From Cetorhinus maximus (Eukaryota): a DNA stretch of 64,000 nt. Below, in pieces: positions 1 to 13,275 of the stretch. The notes beneath the pieces are model-generated. The model was given only the letters and a program-made list of their open reading frames with translations. It was not told the origin of the DNA and ran no database searches. Where the stretch lies: NCBI RefSeq assembly GCF_964194155.1, contig NC_135902.1:32860001-32924000 (forward strand), read 5' to 3'. A program made the translations under genes and the position numbers. Numbering within the stretch: position 1 is the first letter of the stretch; every line of letters begins with the position of its first letter.

Positions 1-804
1 GACATCCCAAGGTTGTGAAAGGTACTGAAACTGCAATTATGGCTTATCTACAAGTAGTTATCCTTGGTGCATGCTATTTTTAACCCAGGACTACAATAGA
101 GTCTGAAGACATGATGGCTGAATAGCTGTTTGTTCTGTATGGTGTGGTCACAGAGTATCCTCTAAGTACCTAAAGTGGGAATTAACGTCCAGTTGATTTT
201 AATTGTAATTATGTTGACATTTGTTCAAGAAAAGAACAATAAGGCATATATGACTAGCAGCTATTAAGAAGGTGTAAAACATACCCAATAAGCTCCATAG
301 CACTATGATAAACTCCGTAGCACCAACATAAGTTCATCCAAAGTCTACTGAAACAATGCTACCAGCTATGTCTAATCTTCAGTGACTTCGATTGTGTACT
401 GTATTTCCGCAACCTTTAAGGTCTTATTACTGAAGTTTCACTGGCGTCAAAAGAGAGCAAATAAACACCGAAAGAGGTTTTAATAAGCTACAAGATCAGA
501 AGGTTTAACCAACTCCACACCATGAGCTTCGGGGAAAATGCTTCCAGGCTGATCCAGCTTTATCTCACAAATGCTAATATAGTTCGACTCCAAGATCGGC
601 CAACAAAAGCAATCTAGGGAAACATTTCAATCTTATGATGCGTGGAATAATCCAGATTATTTATTAAAAAAGGATCTTTGTAAAGTTGTCTTTATGCTGA
701 ACTTCCAGTCCTGGCTCTCCAGACTGCATGGGTTAAATCCCAGGATCATTTTCAATGATTGCAAAAATAAAATGGCCCAAATGCAGTCAGAAACTTCCGG
801 ACAT

Positions 805-975
805 AATAATGAACAAACTTGCATTTATATAGCACCTTTCATATCCAAGACATCCCAAAGCACTTCGCAGCTAATCAACTACTTTAAAAATGCAGTCGCT
901 GTTGGTTTGGACGAAAGCACTGAAGTCAATTTGCAAACAGCAAGATCCCACAAAAGCAATGAGATAAATTCTCAT
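805..975 (-). mobile_element. SINE/L2-type 3' end fragment
   Basis: aacttgcatttatatagcacctttc tail motif repeated at many sites in the window. Confidence 0.6.
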
Positions 976-994
976 GGGTTTGGTAACAAGGCGG

Positions 995-3765
995 TTTTGT
1001 TACTGGACCAGAAATCCAAAAGACTGGACTAGTAATAGGGACATTGAATTCCAAACCCACCATGGAAGTTTGTGAATTTAAATTCAGTTAATTTAATGAA
1101 AATCTGGAATTAAATGGTGACTGCGAAGCAATCAGGTTGTCATAAATATCGATCAGATTCACAAACCTGCCCTCCTTACCCAGCCTTGGCCTAAAGGTGA
1201 CTCCAAACCCTCTCTAACATGATTGACTCTTAATTGCCCTCTGAAACGGGCCAGCAAGCCACTATTAAACCACTATAAAGAGCAATAAATAATACCAGAC
1301 AGACAGCCCAACATCTAGCCAGGCATGGAGTTGGACACTACATCCAGCCTTATCAACTCTAGAAAGATTTCCTGCATCGAGGGACTTGTGTAAAAACTGG
1401 GAGAGCTGTCCCATACACCAGTCCAGCAAAATCCTGACATAGACATATTCGTAAAATCACACCTTTCAGTCAACGTCAGACTCCTTCATCACAATCCCTG
1501 GATATGTCCTCTCTTAACAGATGGCAGCACAGTGATATAGTCAGGCAGGAATGACCCTGGGAGTCCGCAATACTGACTCCGGACCCCAATAAATGATCAT
1601 GGACAAGGAAACCTCTTGCTGATTACCAGCTACCGCCATCCCTTAGCTGATGAATCAGTGCTCTTTCATGTTGAACGCCACTTGGCAGAAGCACTGAAGG
1701 TCCAGAATGTACTCTAGTTGGGGAACCTCAATATCCATCACCAAGAGTGACCAGGTGGCAGCACAATTGATCAAGCTGACCAAGTGCTGGTGATGAAAAC
1801 AAAGACAAGGGAAAAACCTATTTGACTACATCCTCACCTTAATCCATCTGTCCATGACAGTGACCATCTGTCCCGTCTTCACAATGAGGACACCCTCCAC
1901 TGTGTTGTGTGACATTACAACCGTGCTAAATGGGGTAGATTCAGAACAGACCTAGCAGCTAAAAACTGGGCATCCATGAGGCACAGCGGACCATCAGCAG
2001 CAGCAGAATTGTATTCCACCACAATCTGTAACCTCACTGCCAAGTATATTCCTCACTCTACTATCACCATCAAGGCAGAGAACCAACTCTGGCTAAATGA
2101 GTACAAGAGAGCATGCCAGAGGGCACACCTAAAAACAAGGTGCTAGCCTGTGCCACAACACAGGACTACCTGCATGCTAAACAGCACAATTAGCATACTA
2201 TAGACAGAGCTAAACTATCCTAAAACCAACAGATTAGTCAAAGATATGCAGTCCTGCCGCATCCAGTCATTAATGGTGGTGGATAGTTTAACTAACAGGA
2301 GGAGATAGTTCCATGAACATGTTGTTGAACGAAGGGCAGCATGATTGCAAAAGACAAAACCACTCGCAACTATCCTCAGACAGAAGTGCCGAGTGCATGA
2401 TCCATCTCAGCCTCCTCCAGAGGTCCCCAGTATCACAGATGCCAGTCTTCAGCTAGTTCATTTCACTCCCTGTGATGTCAAGAAAGCTGAGTACTGTGGA
2501 TACTGCAAAGGCTATGGGCCAAGACAACATCCCGGCAATACTACTGACGGCTGCTGCTCCAGAACTGGCCAGGCACCTAGCCAATCTGATCCAGTAAAGC
2601 TACTGCTCCAGAACTAGCACGCAGGCACCAAACTGCTTCATTATCTGAAGAATTGTAAATGAAACGGAACACTGTGCGATCATCATAAAACACCCCTACC
2701 TCTGACCACTAGCCTCTATCCGACAATGTGGAAAATTGCCCCTGCGTGTCTATCCAAAAAAAAACAGGTCAAATTCAACGTGGTTAATTATCGCCTCTTC
2801 GGTCTACCCTCAATCAGCATCAAAGGAGTGGAAGGTGTCATTGACAGAACTATCAAGTGGCACTTACTCGCCAGTGACCTGCTCAATGATGCTCAGTTTG
2901 AGTTCCAAGAATACTTGGCTCCAGATCTCATTACAACCTTGGTCCAAAGATGACGCGAGGCGAGAGCGACTGTCTTTGACATCAAGGCAGCATTTCATCG
3001 AGTGTCATCAAGGAGCTCTAGCAAAACTAAAAGTCAATGGGAATCAAGGGATAATTCTCCACTGGCTGGTGTCATACCCTGCACCAAGGAAGATGATTGG
3101 GGTTGTTTGAGGCCTGGACATCTCTGTCTGAGTTCCTTGGGGCAGTTTCCCAGGACCAACCATCTTCAGCTGCTTCACCAATGTCTTTCCCTCTATCATT
3201 AGTTCAGAGGTGGGGATGTTTTCTGATGATTGCACAGTGTTCAGTTCCATTAACAATTCTTCAGATAATGAAGCAGTTTGGTTCCCGCAAGAATTAAGAC
3301 CTGGACAATATCCAGTCTTGGGCTGACAAATGGCAAGTTACATTCGTGCCACACAAGTGCCAGGAAATGACCATTTCCAACAGGAGATAATCTAACCATC
3401 TCCCTTTGACATTCAATGGCATTACTATTGCTGAATTCCCCACCAGCAACATCCTGGGGGTTACCACTGACCAGAAGCTGAACTGAACCAGCTACTGTGC
3501 CTACAAGAGAGGGTCAGAGGCTAGGAATCCTGCGATGAGTAACTCACCTCCTGACTCCCCAAAGCCTGTTCACCATCTACCAGGCACAAGTCAAGAGTGC
3601 GATGGAATACTCTCCACTTACCTGGATGAGTGCAGCGCCAAAAACACTCAAGAATCTTGGCATCATCCAGAACAGAGCAGTCCGCTTGATCTATACCCTG
3701 TCCAGCATCTGAACCTTTCACTCCCTCTACCACTGGTGCAACGTGGCTGCAGTGTTTACAATGAA
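995..3765 (+). mobile_element. Decayed CR1/L2-group LINE (APE endonuclease + RT remnants), 3' truncated
   Basis: APE-like remnants from about 1370; RT remnants WKIA..C...KKQ, FSDDCT, WADKWQVTF; same family as 11545-12491 and 55487-58342. Confidence 0.85.
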
Positions 3766-4159
3766 CCAAATTTACTGTTTATCACATAGGAGTCTTACCA
3801 ATTCAGAACCAATTGTGTGATTCCATTGATTTTTCTGTGTACATAAAACCAGTTTCCTTGATACAAAGAAAATCAACTGCACCAGAACTCAAACAGTTTC
3901 TGGAATATCTGAAGCACAGCTCCACCCAAATAATCAAGCTTTGACAACTTTGCATCGGGATAACTGATGCTAAAACTTCTTTTCACATACACCATTACTC
4001 TTCGGTCAATCTGGATTAATGTTTCACCCCAAGGGTGATGCATACAATATATAATGTAATGAATAAATTTCAGGGGAAGTCACAGGTTATGGTCATTACA
4101 ATTGGACATTACTATGCTCCCTCTCAATCCACAAATACATTGCTGGCACTTAGACTCAC

Positions 4160-4253
4160 CAAGCTGTCCATCCCTCAGTGCTCCATGGATCACAGTTCTG
4201 AATAAACTTTTGAACAAGGGCATTATCCTCTGGAAGTGGTAGTGGTTTTAGTA
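4160..4253 (-). CDS. ENGASE: ENGASE exon 12 (VLKPLPLPEDNALVQKFIQNCDPWSTEGWTA); gene continues left of window
   Basis: atacag acceptor, GTGAGT donor, 94 nt, phase 1 to 2; L.PL...C.....GW pattern as in the equivalent vertebrate exon. Confidence 0.82.
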
Positions 4254-5848
4254 CTGTATGAATGCAGAACATGAAAAACAATTGATGGAGCACGCATTGG
4301 ACAAACCACTGACTGATAAGACTGTTTAAAGAATAATTTGAAGTAAGTCTGGTCAACCGACTACCATGGACAATCGTCTTACGCCACAATATAGGGTCGC
4401 ATTATAACAGTGACAGGACAAGCTACCATGCCTAAACTGTTGTGGAATAGATGGCAGAAGGTGCAGGAATACTCAAGCATATTTATGAAACACAAGCAAT
4501 CTGACATTTAAACGACACAGAATCACAGAATCATAGAATGGCTACAGTCAGCCATTTCATCCGTCATGTTCCTGTTGGCTGTCTGACTGTCAGGACTTTA
4601 AACTGTAGACTGGCACAAATTTGCTCTACAGCAATATCAAACATGTACTATAGTTGTAGTGTTTAACCTTATTGCTGTAACAAGATCCAATTTACTCTAA
4701 AATCTGGTATCCATTTTGGACACAAAATGACCTGAACCTTTTAGTTCTGAATCACACTGACTTACCAAAGTCCAACCCTCAGTAGATTTCAATATTTTTA
4801 ATTTCAGAAACCTTCCAGCCATCTACCCAATATAAGCTTAGCCATGTTAGATCTCAATTACTGTCAAGCAACCTCTCTGGCACTGAAAAAAATACTTTTA
4901 CAAATGTAGAGTCTCATTCCTTCAAATTTTAATTATTGTTGGATATTTTAAAAAGGTGTTTTTGTCCTGCTTACACAGATCCCCTCTACAGAATGCCATG
5001 CTGTTTTGGCTTTCTACCACAAATTACAGTAAAAAGGCCTGCAGAACGTCTGTGGACAATTGGGCATGTAACATATGGCGAGTGGTGCTCATTCATCCCT
5101 GACTCCAAAATCTGTGCCAGTACCCTTTTTATTGGACATCTAATACCCAACCTCAATCAACATCCATCAGAATTTTTTTAAATAAGAAGTATTTAGTAAT
5201 CGATCAGAAAACTTGTCATTTGGGAATTGGACCTTGTCAAGCTGCTGAAGCTAATGGGAATAAGACAAAGTGGAGTCACCATAGCCAAGAAACTGTGTGC
5301 TGGATCAAGCCTTCTGTACAGGGGATGAATACAATCACTAAATAGGATCTTTAGGCTTAAATCAAATGTGTGTTTATCCAGATTGCTGCACATTTAAATT
5401 ATAAAACATTAGAACTGCCAATTGTGTGGCAACAAAAAAACTGGCCAACTAGTTTGTATGTTTTGGAGCCATCTCTGTAGAGTAAACAGAACAACTCACC
5501 ATACTGCATATTATATCATGATTATATCTATGGTCTCCACAATATACTAATGAAGCTTAGCCTGATATTTCAAATAGGCCAAATACAGCAGATGTTAATT
5601 GGTGATGAATTAAGAAATGATACTGAGGTTCTATAGTAGGAAACACATTTTACTGAATTCTGTTTTCTTTCCTCCGATCAAGGATAAATAAATCAATTTA
5701 GATGTTGAAAAATAGAGCCAAATGAGCAGCACTGGCAGTAGCTACAGAGCATTCTGTGTTCAACCGATGGAGGGGTCAGGGAAAAAAAACACATGCACAT
5801 TGGTGCTGAATTTCCATGCAATGAACTCTGAAACTAGTTTCAATTATG

Positions 5849-5876
5849 TATATCTATATATATATATATATATATA
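5849..5876. repeat. (TA)n microsatellite
   Basis: tatatctatatatatatatatatata run. Confidence 0.9.
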
Positions 5877-5975
5877 CAAAAGCTGCAGATTTCCAGAAAT
5901 GAATCCATTGCTAGCATTTAGTACATTTTTTACAGTATAGTGTTTTACACTCAGAGCCATTCCCATTTGACTTAC

Positions 5976-6124
5976 CATCAACCATAGAAGCCTTCGCCGA
6001 ATTGCACTGTGAGAGTGGACAAGTTGTCAGCTCTGGACTCACAGCAACTTTGGCACCATCTTCTAACTTATAAACAAAGGCAACAAAAACTTTGGGAGGA
6101 CTCTGGACCTTCAAACTAAATAAC
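5976..6124 (-). CDS. ENGASE: ENGASE exon 11 (LFSLKVQSPPKVFVAFVYKLEDGAKVAVSPELTT...)
   Basis: Resembles human LFSLQAPVPPKIYLSMVYKLEG..VALELTT (recalled); AG/GTAAGT; 149 nt in phase. Confidence 0.93.
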
Positions 6125-7047
6125 CTGTGGAGATAAAATTGTCTAAATGTAACACATGATAATTAGAAAGGGTATTTAAACAAAGATGGTGATAGAGATG
6201 GGAAGCAGTATCACAAAGACAATTCTTCAAAATATGATTTTTTTTTAAACCTTGTGGGCATTACTCTATTAAAATGGATCTTAGTTTGATAATTCAGAGA
6301 ATGCATTAATCAAACTTTCTAATATTATTTCAGGAATTTCTAGCAACCATCTTTTGCACTTATTTAGAATGACGGGGAAAAAAGTGCCTTATGATAAATT
6401 AAAGTATTTGCTACAGGGGCTGCTGTCATGGTTTACACATTTCAATCCATATCAGTGTATCCATCAGTAATACCGTACCATTTAACCCAATTAACATCTG
6501 CTTGCTTTCAGCATTAAAACAAGCACGTGAATTCTAGGGTAGTGTTACAAATTAACATCTCTGCAAGATGTTCTCAACAAGTTCAGCATCACCAGTTTCT
6601 CCTGAAAGCGGACTTCACATACCTTATGATCAGGAGCTTTCCTCCATTGCCCAATAACTTGTCATATGATAGCATGACCCAGAGCTAACGTTATCAAAAA
6701 TGAAATTCACGTGAACGTTCGGGAACCAGATACTGTCCCTAATGTGGTTTCTCCTGCCTTCCAAAGGTGGATTGATGAACACTTCAGTGAAGCTATTGAT
6801 AAACCAACAGGCTGATTTGTTTTTTTACAAATAATGTGAATGATCAGAGTAGCATATGGAATAAACTATAACTTATTTCCTAACATCACTTGTGACATAG
6901 GGAATGATGAAACATGTCACGCTATCTCTCTTAGCAAGCTAAACACACTTTTTGAACATTAAGCTTAATCCTGACCAATTTCAGAGAAGTTAAGGAGTGA
7001 GCCACACTCTGGTTACGTTCCTCTCTGGGTCTAACAGGGGGTCTTGT

Positions 7048-7461
7048 GGCCTGAATTTTCACTAAGACAGAGAGGATCCCCGGCTTATCCAAAATGGCGC
7101 CGGTGGCCCAATTCCAGAAGTCTCACCCCTGAATCCGGCACCCGCCATTTTTGTCAGGGGATAGGGTTCAAAACAGGGGCAGGTTGTACTTTGCACATCA
7201 CTAGTGGGATGTCCAAAACATGACTTGTGCACTTTAAACCTATCAAGAGAAAGTCTAAAGTTGGCAAAGTTCTTTGAAGAAGTAGGGTACTCTTCTGGAT
7301 AGGTCCAGGGACACCTTTGGGAGAGGTAAGGTTTCCCTTTGGGATTTCTAAAAGTAGAAGTAAGGGTTGCGGATTGGTGTGGGGCCAGCTGCCGGCTGTC
7401 TTCCCCTCTCCCATCCGGGCCAACCTGTAACCTGCTGCATGCAGGTGGGAAATTTTCTGCC
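7048..7461. mobile_element. Probable non-autonomous Harbinger-type element
   Basis: Imperfect TIRs GGCCTGAATTTTC / GAAATTTTCTGCC like those of the 15928-20067 element; GC-rich interior; no clean TSD. Confidence 0.5.
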
Positions 7462-7556
7462 TTCAATAATCGGCGAGTGCAGCAGAGTGCCGGTTTAGCA
7501 CCACAGCTCGCTGGTTACATTTAATTGATGTCTGAACCTGAACATGGTTATCTATG

Positions 7557-9070
7557 TGAACACATAAATTAGGAGCATGAGTAGGCCACTTGGCCCTTCG
7601 AGCCTGCTCTGCCATTTGATAAGATCATGGCTGATCTGGTTGTGGTCTCAACACCACTTTCCTGACTGCTCCCCATAACCAACTCAGCCTTAAAAATATT
7701 CAATGATCCTGCCTCCACTTCTGTCTGGTGAAGAAAATTCCACAGACTAATGACACTCAAGAGACAAAAATTCTCCTCATCTCAGTCTTAAATGGGAGAC
7801 CCTTTAGTTTTAAAAAGGTGCCCCCCTAGTTCTAGATTCCCTCATGAGAGGAAACATCCTCTCAGCATCTAACCTGTCAAGTACCCTCAGGATCACCTCT
7901 CATTCTTCTAAACTCTAACGGATACAGTCACAACCTGTCCAACCTTTCCTCATAAGATAACCCCTTCATCCCAGGAATCAGCCTAGTGAACCTTCATTGA
8001 ATTGCCTCTAATGCAATTATATTCTTTCTTAAGTACTGTGGATGTGGTCTCACCAACATATAACTGTTGCAAAACTTCCCTACTTTTATTTTCCATTCCC
8101 CTTGCAATAAACGACAACATCCCATTTGCCTTCCTAATCACTTGCTGTACCTACATACTAACTTCTTGTGATTCATGTACCAGGATACCCAGATCCCTCT
8201 GTACCAGAGAGTTTTACAATCTCTCACGATCTAAATAATGTGCTGCTTTTCTATTCTTCCTGCCAAAGTGGACAAGTTCACAGTTTAAAAACAAAAAACT
8301 ACTGCGGATGCTGGAAATCCAAAACAAAAACAGAATTACCTGGAAAAACTCAGCAGGTCTGGCAGCATCAGCGGAGAAGAAAAGAGTTGACGTTTCGAGT
8401 CCTCATGACCCTTCGCCGAAGGGTCATGAGGACTCAAAACGTCAACTCTTTTCTTCTCCGCCGATGCTGCCAGACCTGCTGAGTTTTTCCAGGTAATTCT
8501 GTTTAAGTTCACAGTTTCCCACATTATACTCCATCTGCCAAATTTTTGTGCCCATTCACTTAACCTATCATTATCCCTTTGCAGACTCCTTATTTCCTCT
8601 TCACAACTTATCCTCTCACTGATCGTTGTGTCATCAGCAAATTTAGCAACCATATCATCCAAATCATTGATGTACATTGTAAATGTTTGAGGCCCCAGCA
8701 TTGATCCTTGTGGCACTCCACTAGTTACAGCTTGCCAACCCAAAAATGACCCATTTATCCCAACACTGTGCATCCTGTTAGCTAGCCAATCCTCTACCCA
8801 TGCTAATATGTTACCTCCTACACTATGAGCTCTTATTTTGTGTAATAACCTTTGATGTGGCATCTTATCAAACACCTTTTGGAAATCCAAGTACACCACA
8901 TCTACAGGTTCCCCTTTATCCACATTGTTTGGTACTTCCTGAAAGAACTTTAAGAAATTAGTCATACATGATTTCCCTTTCACAAAACCATGTTGACTCT
9001 GCTCGATTCCATTAAGATTTTCTAAGTGCCCTGCTATACCCTCCTTAATTATGAGTTCCAGCATGTTCCC
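7557..9070 (-). mobile_element. CR1 LINE 3' portion (RT + 3' UTR), interrupted by a fold-back insert
   Basis: ORF 8336-9121: QHGFVKGKSC, YLDFQKVFDK, SGVPQGS, KFADDT; CR1 tail near 7560-7630. Confidence 0.92.
8287..8504. mobile_element. Fold-back Penelope-derived insert, copy 1
   Basis: About 90-bp near-perfect inverted arms; 13-bp TSD AAGTTCACAGTTT at 8274-8286 and 8505-8517. Confidence 0.9.
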
Positions 9071-9128
9071 AAGCACATGTTTGTTCAGTTTCCCAACAGC
9101 AGCTTTGAGTGGACAAGGCAAATGTATT

Positions 9129-9305
9129 CAGGGTGACCAACTCTCGCGGAGAAGATTAAAGGGCACTCTGGCATGGGGTGGGGCTGCCAGGGCTAAGAGA
9201 TCCAGAATGGAGGGTTCTGACAGGGCTGCATTTGACCTGGGACACAGGTCAGTGTCCTCAGATACGGGACGATCCTATAAAATAAGGGATTAGTTGGTCA
9301 CCCTG
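9129..9305. mobile_element. hAT-type MITE
   Basis: Perfect 14-bp TIR CAGGGTGACCAACT; flanking 8-mers AATGTATT / GATGTACT (6/8 identical). Confidence 0.72.
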
Positions 9306-11149
9306 GATGTACTGGTGACTTCACACTATTGTTAAGCTGGATAAAAATGACTCCCATAAAATCTGTCTTGTCTCTGAATTTTTTTTTAAATTCCAATACA
9401 ATTTTTCTTAAAAGATAAAAGTACACATATTTACAATTTGCGCAATCCTAATGTTTGCAGAATCACAAAATACTGACGTTCCTTCCTGTCCCATTAAACA
9501 GAGGAAAAGACTGAAGTTTAGCTTCAATTGAATCTCCAACACAGGTTCAGTTGTTGAGAACTCAAGCCATTCTTTTCACTGGAGGAAGGAGCTGCAGGAG
9601 CTCTCTAATCCCACTGCAACTCGATAGCACTTTCTTCAAGATGCTATAACCTCAGATGTCTTAACAGCTGAAGATGTTTAAGCATCCTCTCTAGATCACT
9701 GAGCTCGATCATTTAACTGAAATTCCAGGGAATTGGCATCCTTACAAATAGCACCACCGAGTCCATAACATTACTTTAAAAGATATGACTGGAATTTCTT
9801 TTTTTGTTTTGGTAAGTCAGATTGAAATATATCAGTAAAAGTAGTCTGTATTTAATAAAATGACCATGGAGGAGAAGTTAACACATAAAGGCAACTGTAA
9901 TCATATAAAGGCCATCAAAACCTGCCTCTGACCATCAGTAACAGATTAGTCTTCCTTACTTGGAAGAAAAGGCTGTGGCCAATGTGTATCCAATTTGATG
10001 TTATTTCCTTGCAGATATGAAGTCTAAGAAACATCACTTCCTATGGAGTCTGAAGTGAGGGAGATTATATGTCCAATATGAATAAAGACACACAGCACTG
10101 CTTAGAGAAATACAATAATTGATGACGTTGACAAGAGCGAATCCAGCTCACAAAATATGACAAAATGGCGATCTCGTCTACTGAACATGGATTGATACAC
10201 GGGCAATGGTTTTCTGAGTTACATGATTTGTTGACAAATCACAGCATGACAGCCAGTTTTAAAATTTCACAGCGATGGACATATATACAAATCGAAAATA
10301 TAACGTGTACAATTTGGAATTGGTCAATATATAATGAAGCAAATCGAAGAGAATAACCTACCCTCAGTTACCACACCATTTTAATTGCTGAGCAGCTACA
10401 ATCAAAATAGATGATACCTGTTCTTTCATGATATGTATTGTGGGACAGACCAGTCTTGCTCAGGCAAGTGGTTACCAGTTCAAAGTAATTTGGAGAAACT
10501 TGTTCTAACTGAAGCTTTCTCATACCCGACACAATAGGCTTCTACCACAGCAAGCCCTCATTCCTTATAAACTTAAACATGACCTTACGTACAAGCTATT
10601 CCAGGTTGGCAGGGTGAATACTGAACTCTTTTTACTATTAAGGTATGTGCTAGAAGAGGATCACAATGCACAATCTGGAACCCTCACAACTAAAGGGCAA
10701 ATAATACAGTCACAGGCCCTGTAACTTTGGTTAAGAAACTACCAATCAAGATTACTAAAAAAATAAGACTAGCACAAACCAAGGAAAATAGCAAACACGT
10801 GTCAAAATGATTAACATCTGAAAACTTCCAGTTTTTAATAATAACCAAATTACTTTGGACTGCAGGCATCCATGAGGACAAATTTTGTGTGAGAACTGAA
10901 CTTCCATTGAACCCTGAATCCAGTGGTACAGTGAGAAATGGGCAAGTAAATGAACAACATCAAGTCATACTCGTACCTGGTTTCAGGTAGCTGCTGGCGA
11001 CAAAATTGTCAAAGCAAAATCAAAACCCCATCCAGGTGGCCCCTTGTCCTCCCAAAGGTCTGACTTCAGCCATTCCCTTATTTCCAAGACAAACCAGAGC
11101 TGAGAGTCTGGTAAATAAGATCCCATAATGAGACTGATAACACAGCTTC

Positions 11150-13275
11150 AAAACAACAACTTGTATTTATGTATTAATATTTATATATTTAATGTTAATA
11201 AAATGTTCCGAGGCATTATAAAACAAAGCATGGCACTGATCCACAGAATGAGATATTACAGCAGATGGTCCAAGCTTGGTAAAAGAGGTGGGTCTTAAGG
11301 GGCTTCTTAAAGGAGGAAAGCGAGGTAGAGAGGTGGAGAGATTTAGAGAGGGAATTCCAGAGCTTAGGCAGCTGAAGATACAGCCACCAATGGTGGTAGC
11401 GTTTAAAATCGGGGAGGTTCAAGAGGCAGGATTAAAGGAGCACAGATATCTCAGAGGGTTGCAAGGCTGGTGGAAATTACAGAGGGGCCTGGCCATGGAC
11501 TGATTTGAAAACTAGAATGGGAATTTTAAAATTGAGGTTTTTTTAAAAAATTCATTTACAGGATGTGGTGTCGCTGGCTAGGCCAGCGTTTACTGCCCAT
11601 CCTTAACTGCCCTTGAGAGGATGGTGGTGAGCTGCCTCCTTGAACCACTGTGGTCCATGTGGTATAGGTACACCCACAGTGCTGTTAGGGAGGGAGTTCC
11701 AGGATTTTGACCCAGCGACAGTGAAGCAACAGCGATATATTTCCAAGTCAGGTTGGTGAGTGGCTTGGAGGGTAACTTCCAGGTGGTGGTGTTCCCATGT
11801 ATCTGCTGCCATTGCCCCTCTAGATGGTCGTGGTCATGGGTTTGGAAGGTGCTGCCTAAGGAGCCTTGGTGAGTTCCTGCAGTGCACCTTGTAGATGGTA
11901 CACACTGCTGCCACTGTGTGTTGGTGGTGGAGGGAGTGAATGTTTATGGATGTGGTGCCAATCAAGCGGGCTGCTTTGTTCTGGATGGTGTGAAGCTGTG
12001 TTGTGGGAGTTGCACTCATTCAGGCAAGCAGAGAATATTCCATCACACTCCTGACTTGTGCCTTGTGGACAGGTTTTGGGGAGTCAGGAGGTGAGTTACT
12101 CGTCGCAGGATTCCTAGCCTCTGACCTGCTCTTGTAGCCACAGTATTTATATGGCTCGTCCAGTTCAGTTTCTGGTCAATGGTAATCCCCAGGATGTTGA
12201 CAGTGAGGGATTCAGCGATGGTAATGCCACTGAACGTCAAGGGGTGATGGTTGGATTCTCTCTTGTTGGAGATGGTCATTGTCTGGCACTTGTGTGGCGC
12301 GAATGTTACTTGCCACTTGCCAGCCCAAACCTGGGTATTTCCCAGGTCTTGCTGCATTTGGACAAGGACTGCTTCAGTATCTGAGGAGCCTGGAGTGATA
12401 CTGAACATTGTGCAATCATCAGCGAACATCCCCACTTCTGACCTTATGATGGAAGGAAGGTTATTGATGAAGCAGCTGAAGATGGTTGGGTGTTGTTGAA
12501 CTTGGTGCCAGTGTGGATGGGTGAATAGGATTTGGCAGCAGAGATTAGGATGACTTCAACTTTAGAGCACGTAGAATGTGGGAGGCTGGTCAGGAATGTG
12601 TGAGAATAGCCAAGCCTGGAGGTAACAAAGGCATAGATGAGGAATTCAGCAGCAAAGGAACTGAGTCAGGGCAGTGATGGGCAATGTTAGGGAGGGAGAA
12701 ATAGGAGGTCTTACTGAAGGAATGGATATGTGATTGAAAACTCATTGTGAGGTCAAATATGACGCCGAGGTTGTACAGAGCATGGTTCAGTCTCAGACAG
12801 TTGCCAGGGAGAGGGATGGAATCAGTAACTCCCAAAAAACAGTTTGACAATTTCGAGAGTGTGGAGAGGTCCAGAGAGGAGGTGTTGAGGTAGTACGGGT
12901 TGTGTACATGTGGAAACTGATGCTGTGTTTTGGATGGTGTTGCCATGAAGCAGCATGTAGATGAGAAATTGGAAATGTCTAAGGACAGATCTTTGGGTGA
13001 CACCAAAGGTAATGGTGCAGGAATGGGAAGAGACGCTATTGGTGGCAATCCTCTGGCTATGGTTACATAGATAAGCATGGAACCAGGTGAGTGCAATCCC
13101 ACCCAGCTGGACAATAATCGAGAGGTGTTGGAGGAGGATGATGTGATCATCTGTGTGAAAGGCTGCAGACAAGTCAGAAAGGACAAGGAGGGATAGCTTG
13201 CCTCTGCCACAGTCACATAGGATGTCATTTGGAACTTTGATAAAAGCCATTCTGGTGCTGTGGCAGGGGCAGAAA
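11150..13275 (-). mobile_element. L2 LINE remnant split by a nested LINE
   Basis: L2-type RT remnants LVLSDLSAAFHT.DH.ILL, NLGVIFD, KLWNSL..FKKPLKTHLF; tail at 11150-11180. Confidence 0.85.
11545..12491 (-). mobile_element. 5'-truncated CR1/L2-group LINE nested in L2
   Basis: MFADDCT...KWQVTFAPHKCQ, IQNKAARLIG; A-rich tail near 11545. Confidence 0.9.

Noticed and set aside
289-337. Short 20-bp imperfect tandem repeat (taagctccatagcac..)
   Set aside because: Only about 2.5 degenerate units; not CRISPR-like and no associated genes
1-700. ENGASE exon 13
   Set aside because: The candidate acceptor I tested (near 614) gives an immediate stop and I saw no matching motif; remaining exons are probably outside the window
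8336-9121. 261-aa RT ORF with a novel C-terminus
   Set aside because: Chance read-through from a CR1 RT fragment into the fold-back insert; not a gene
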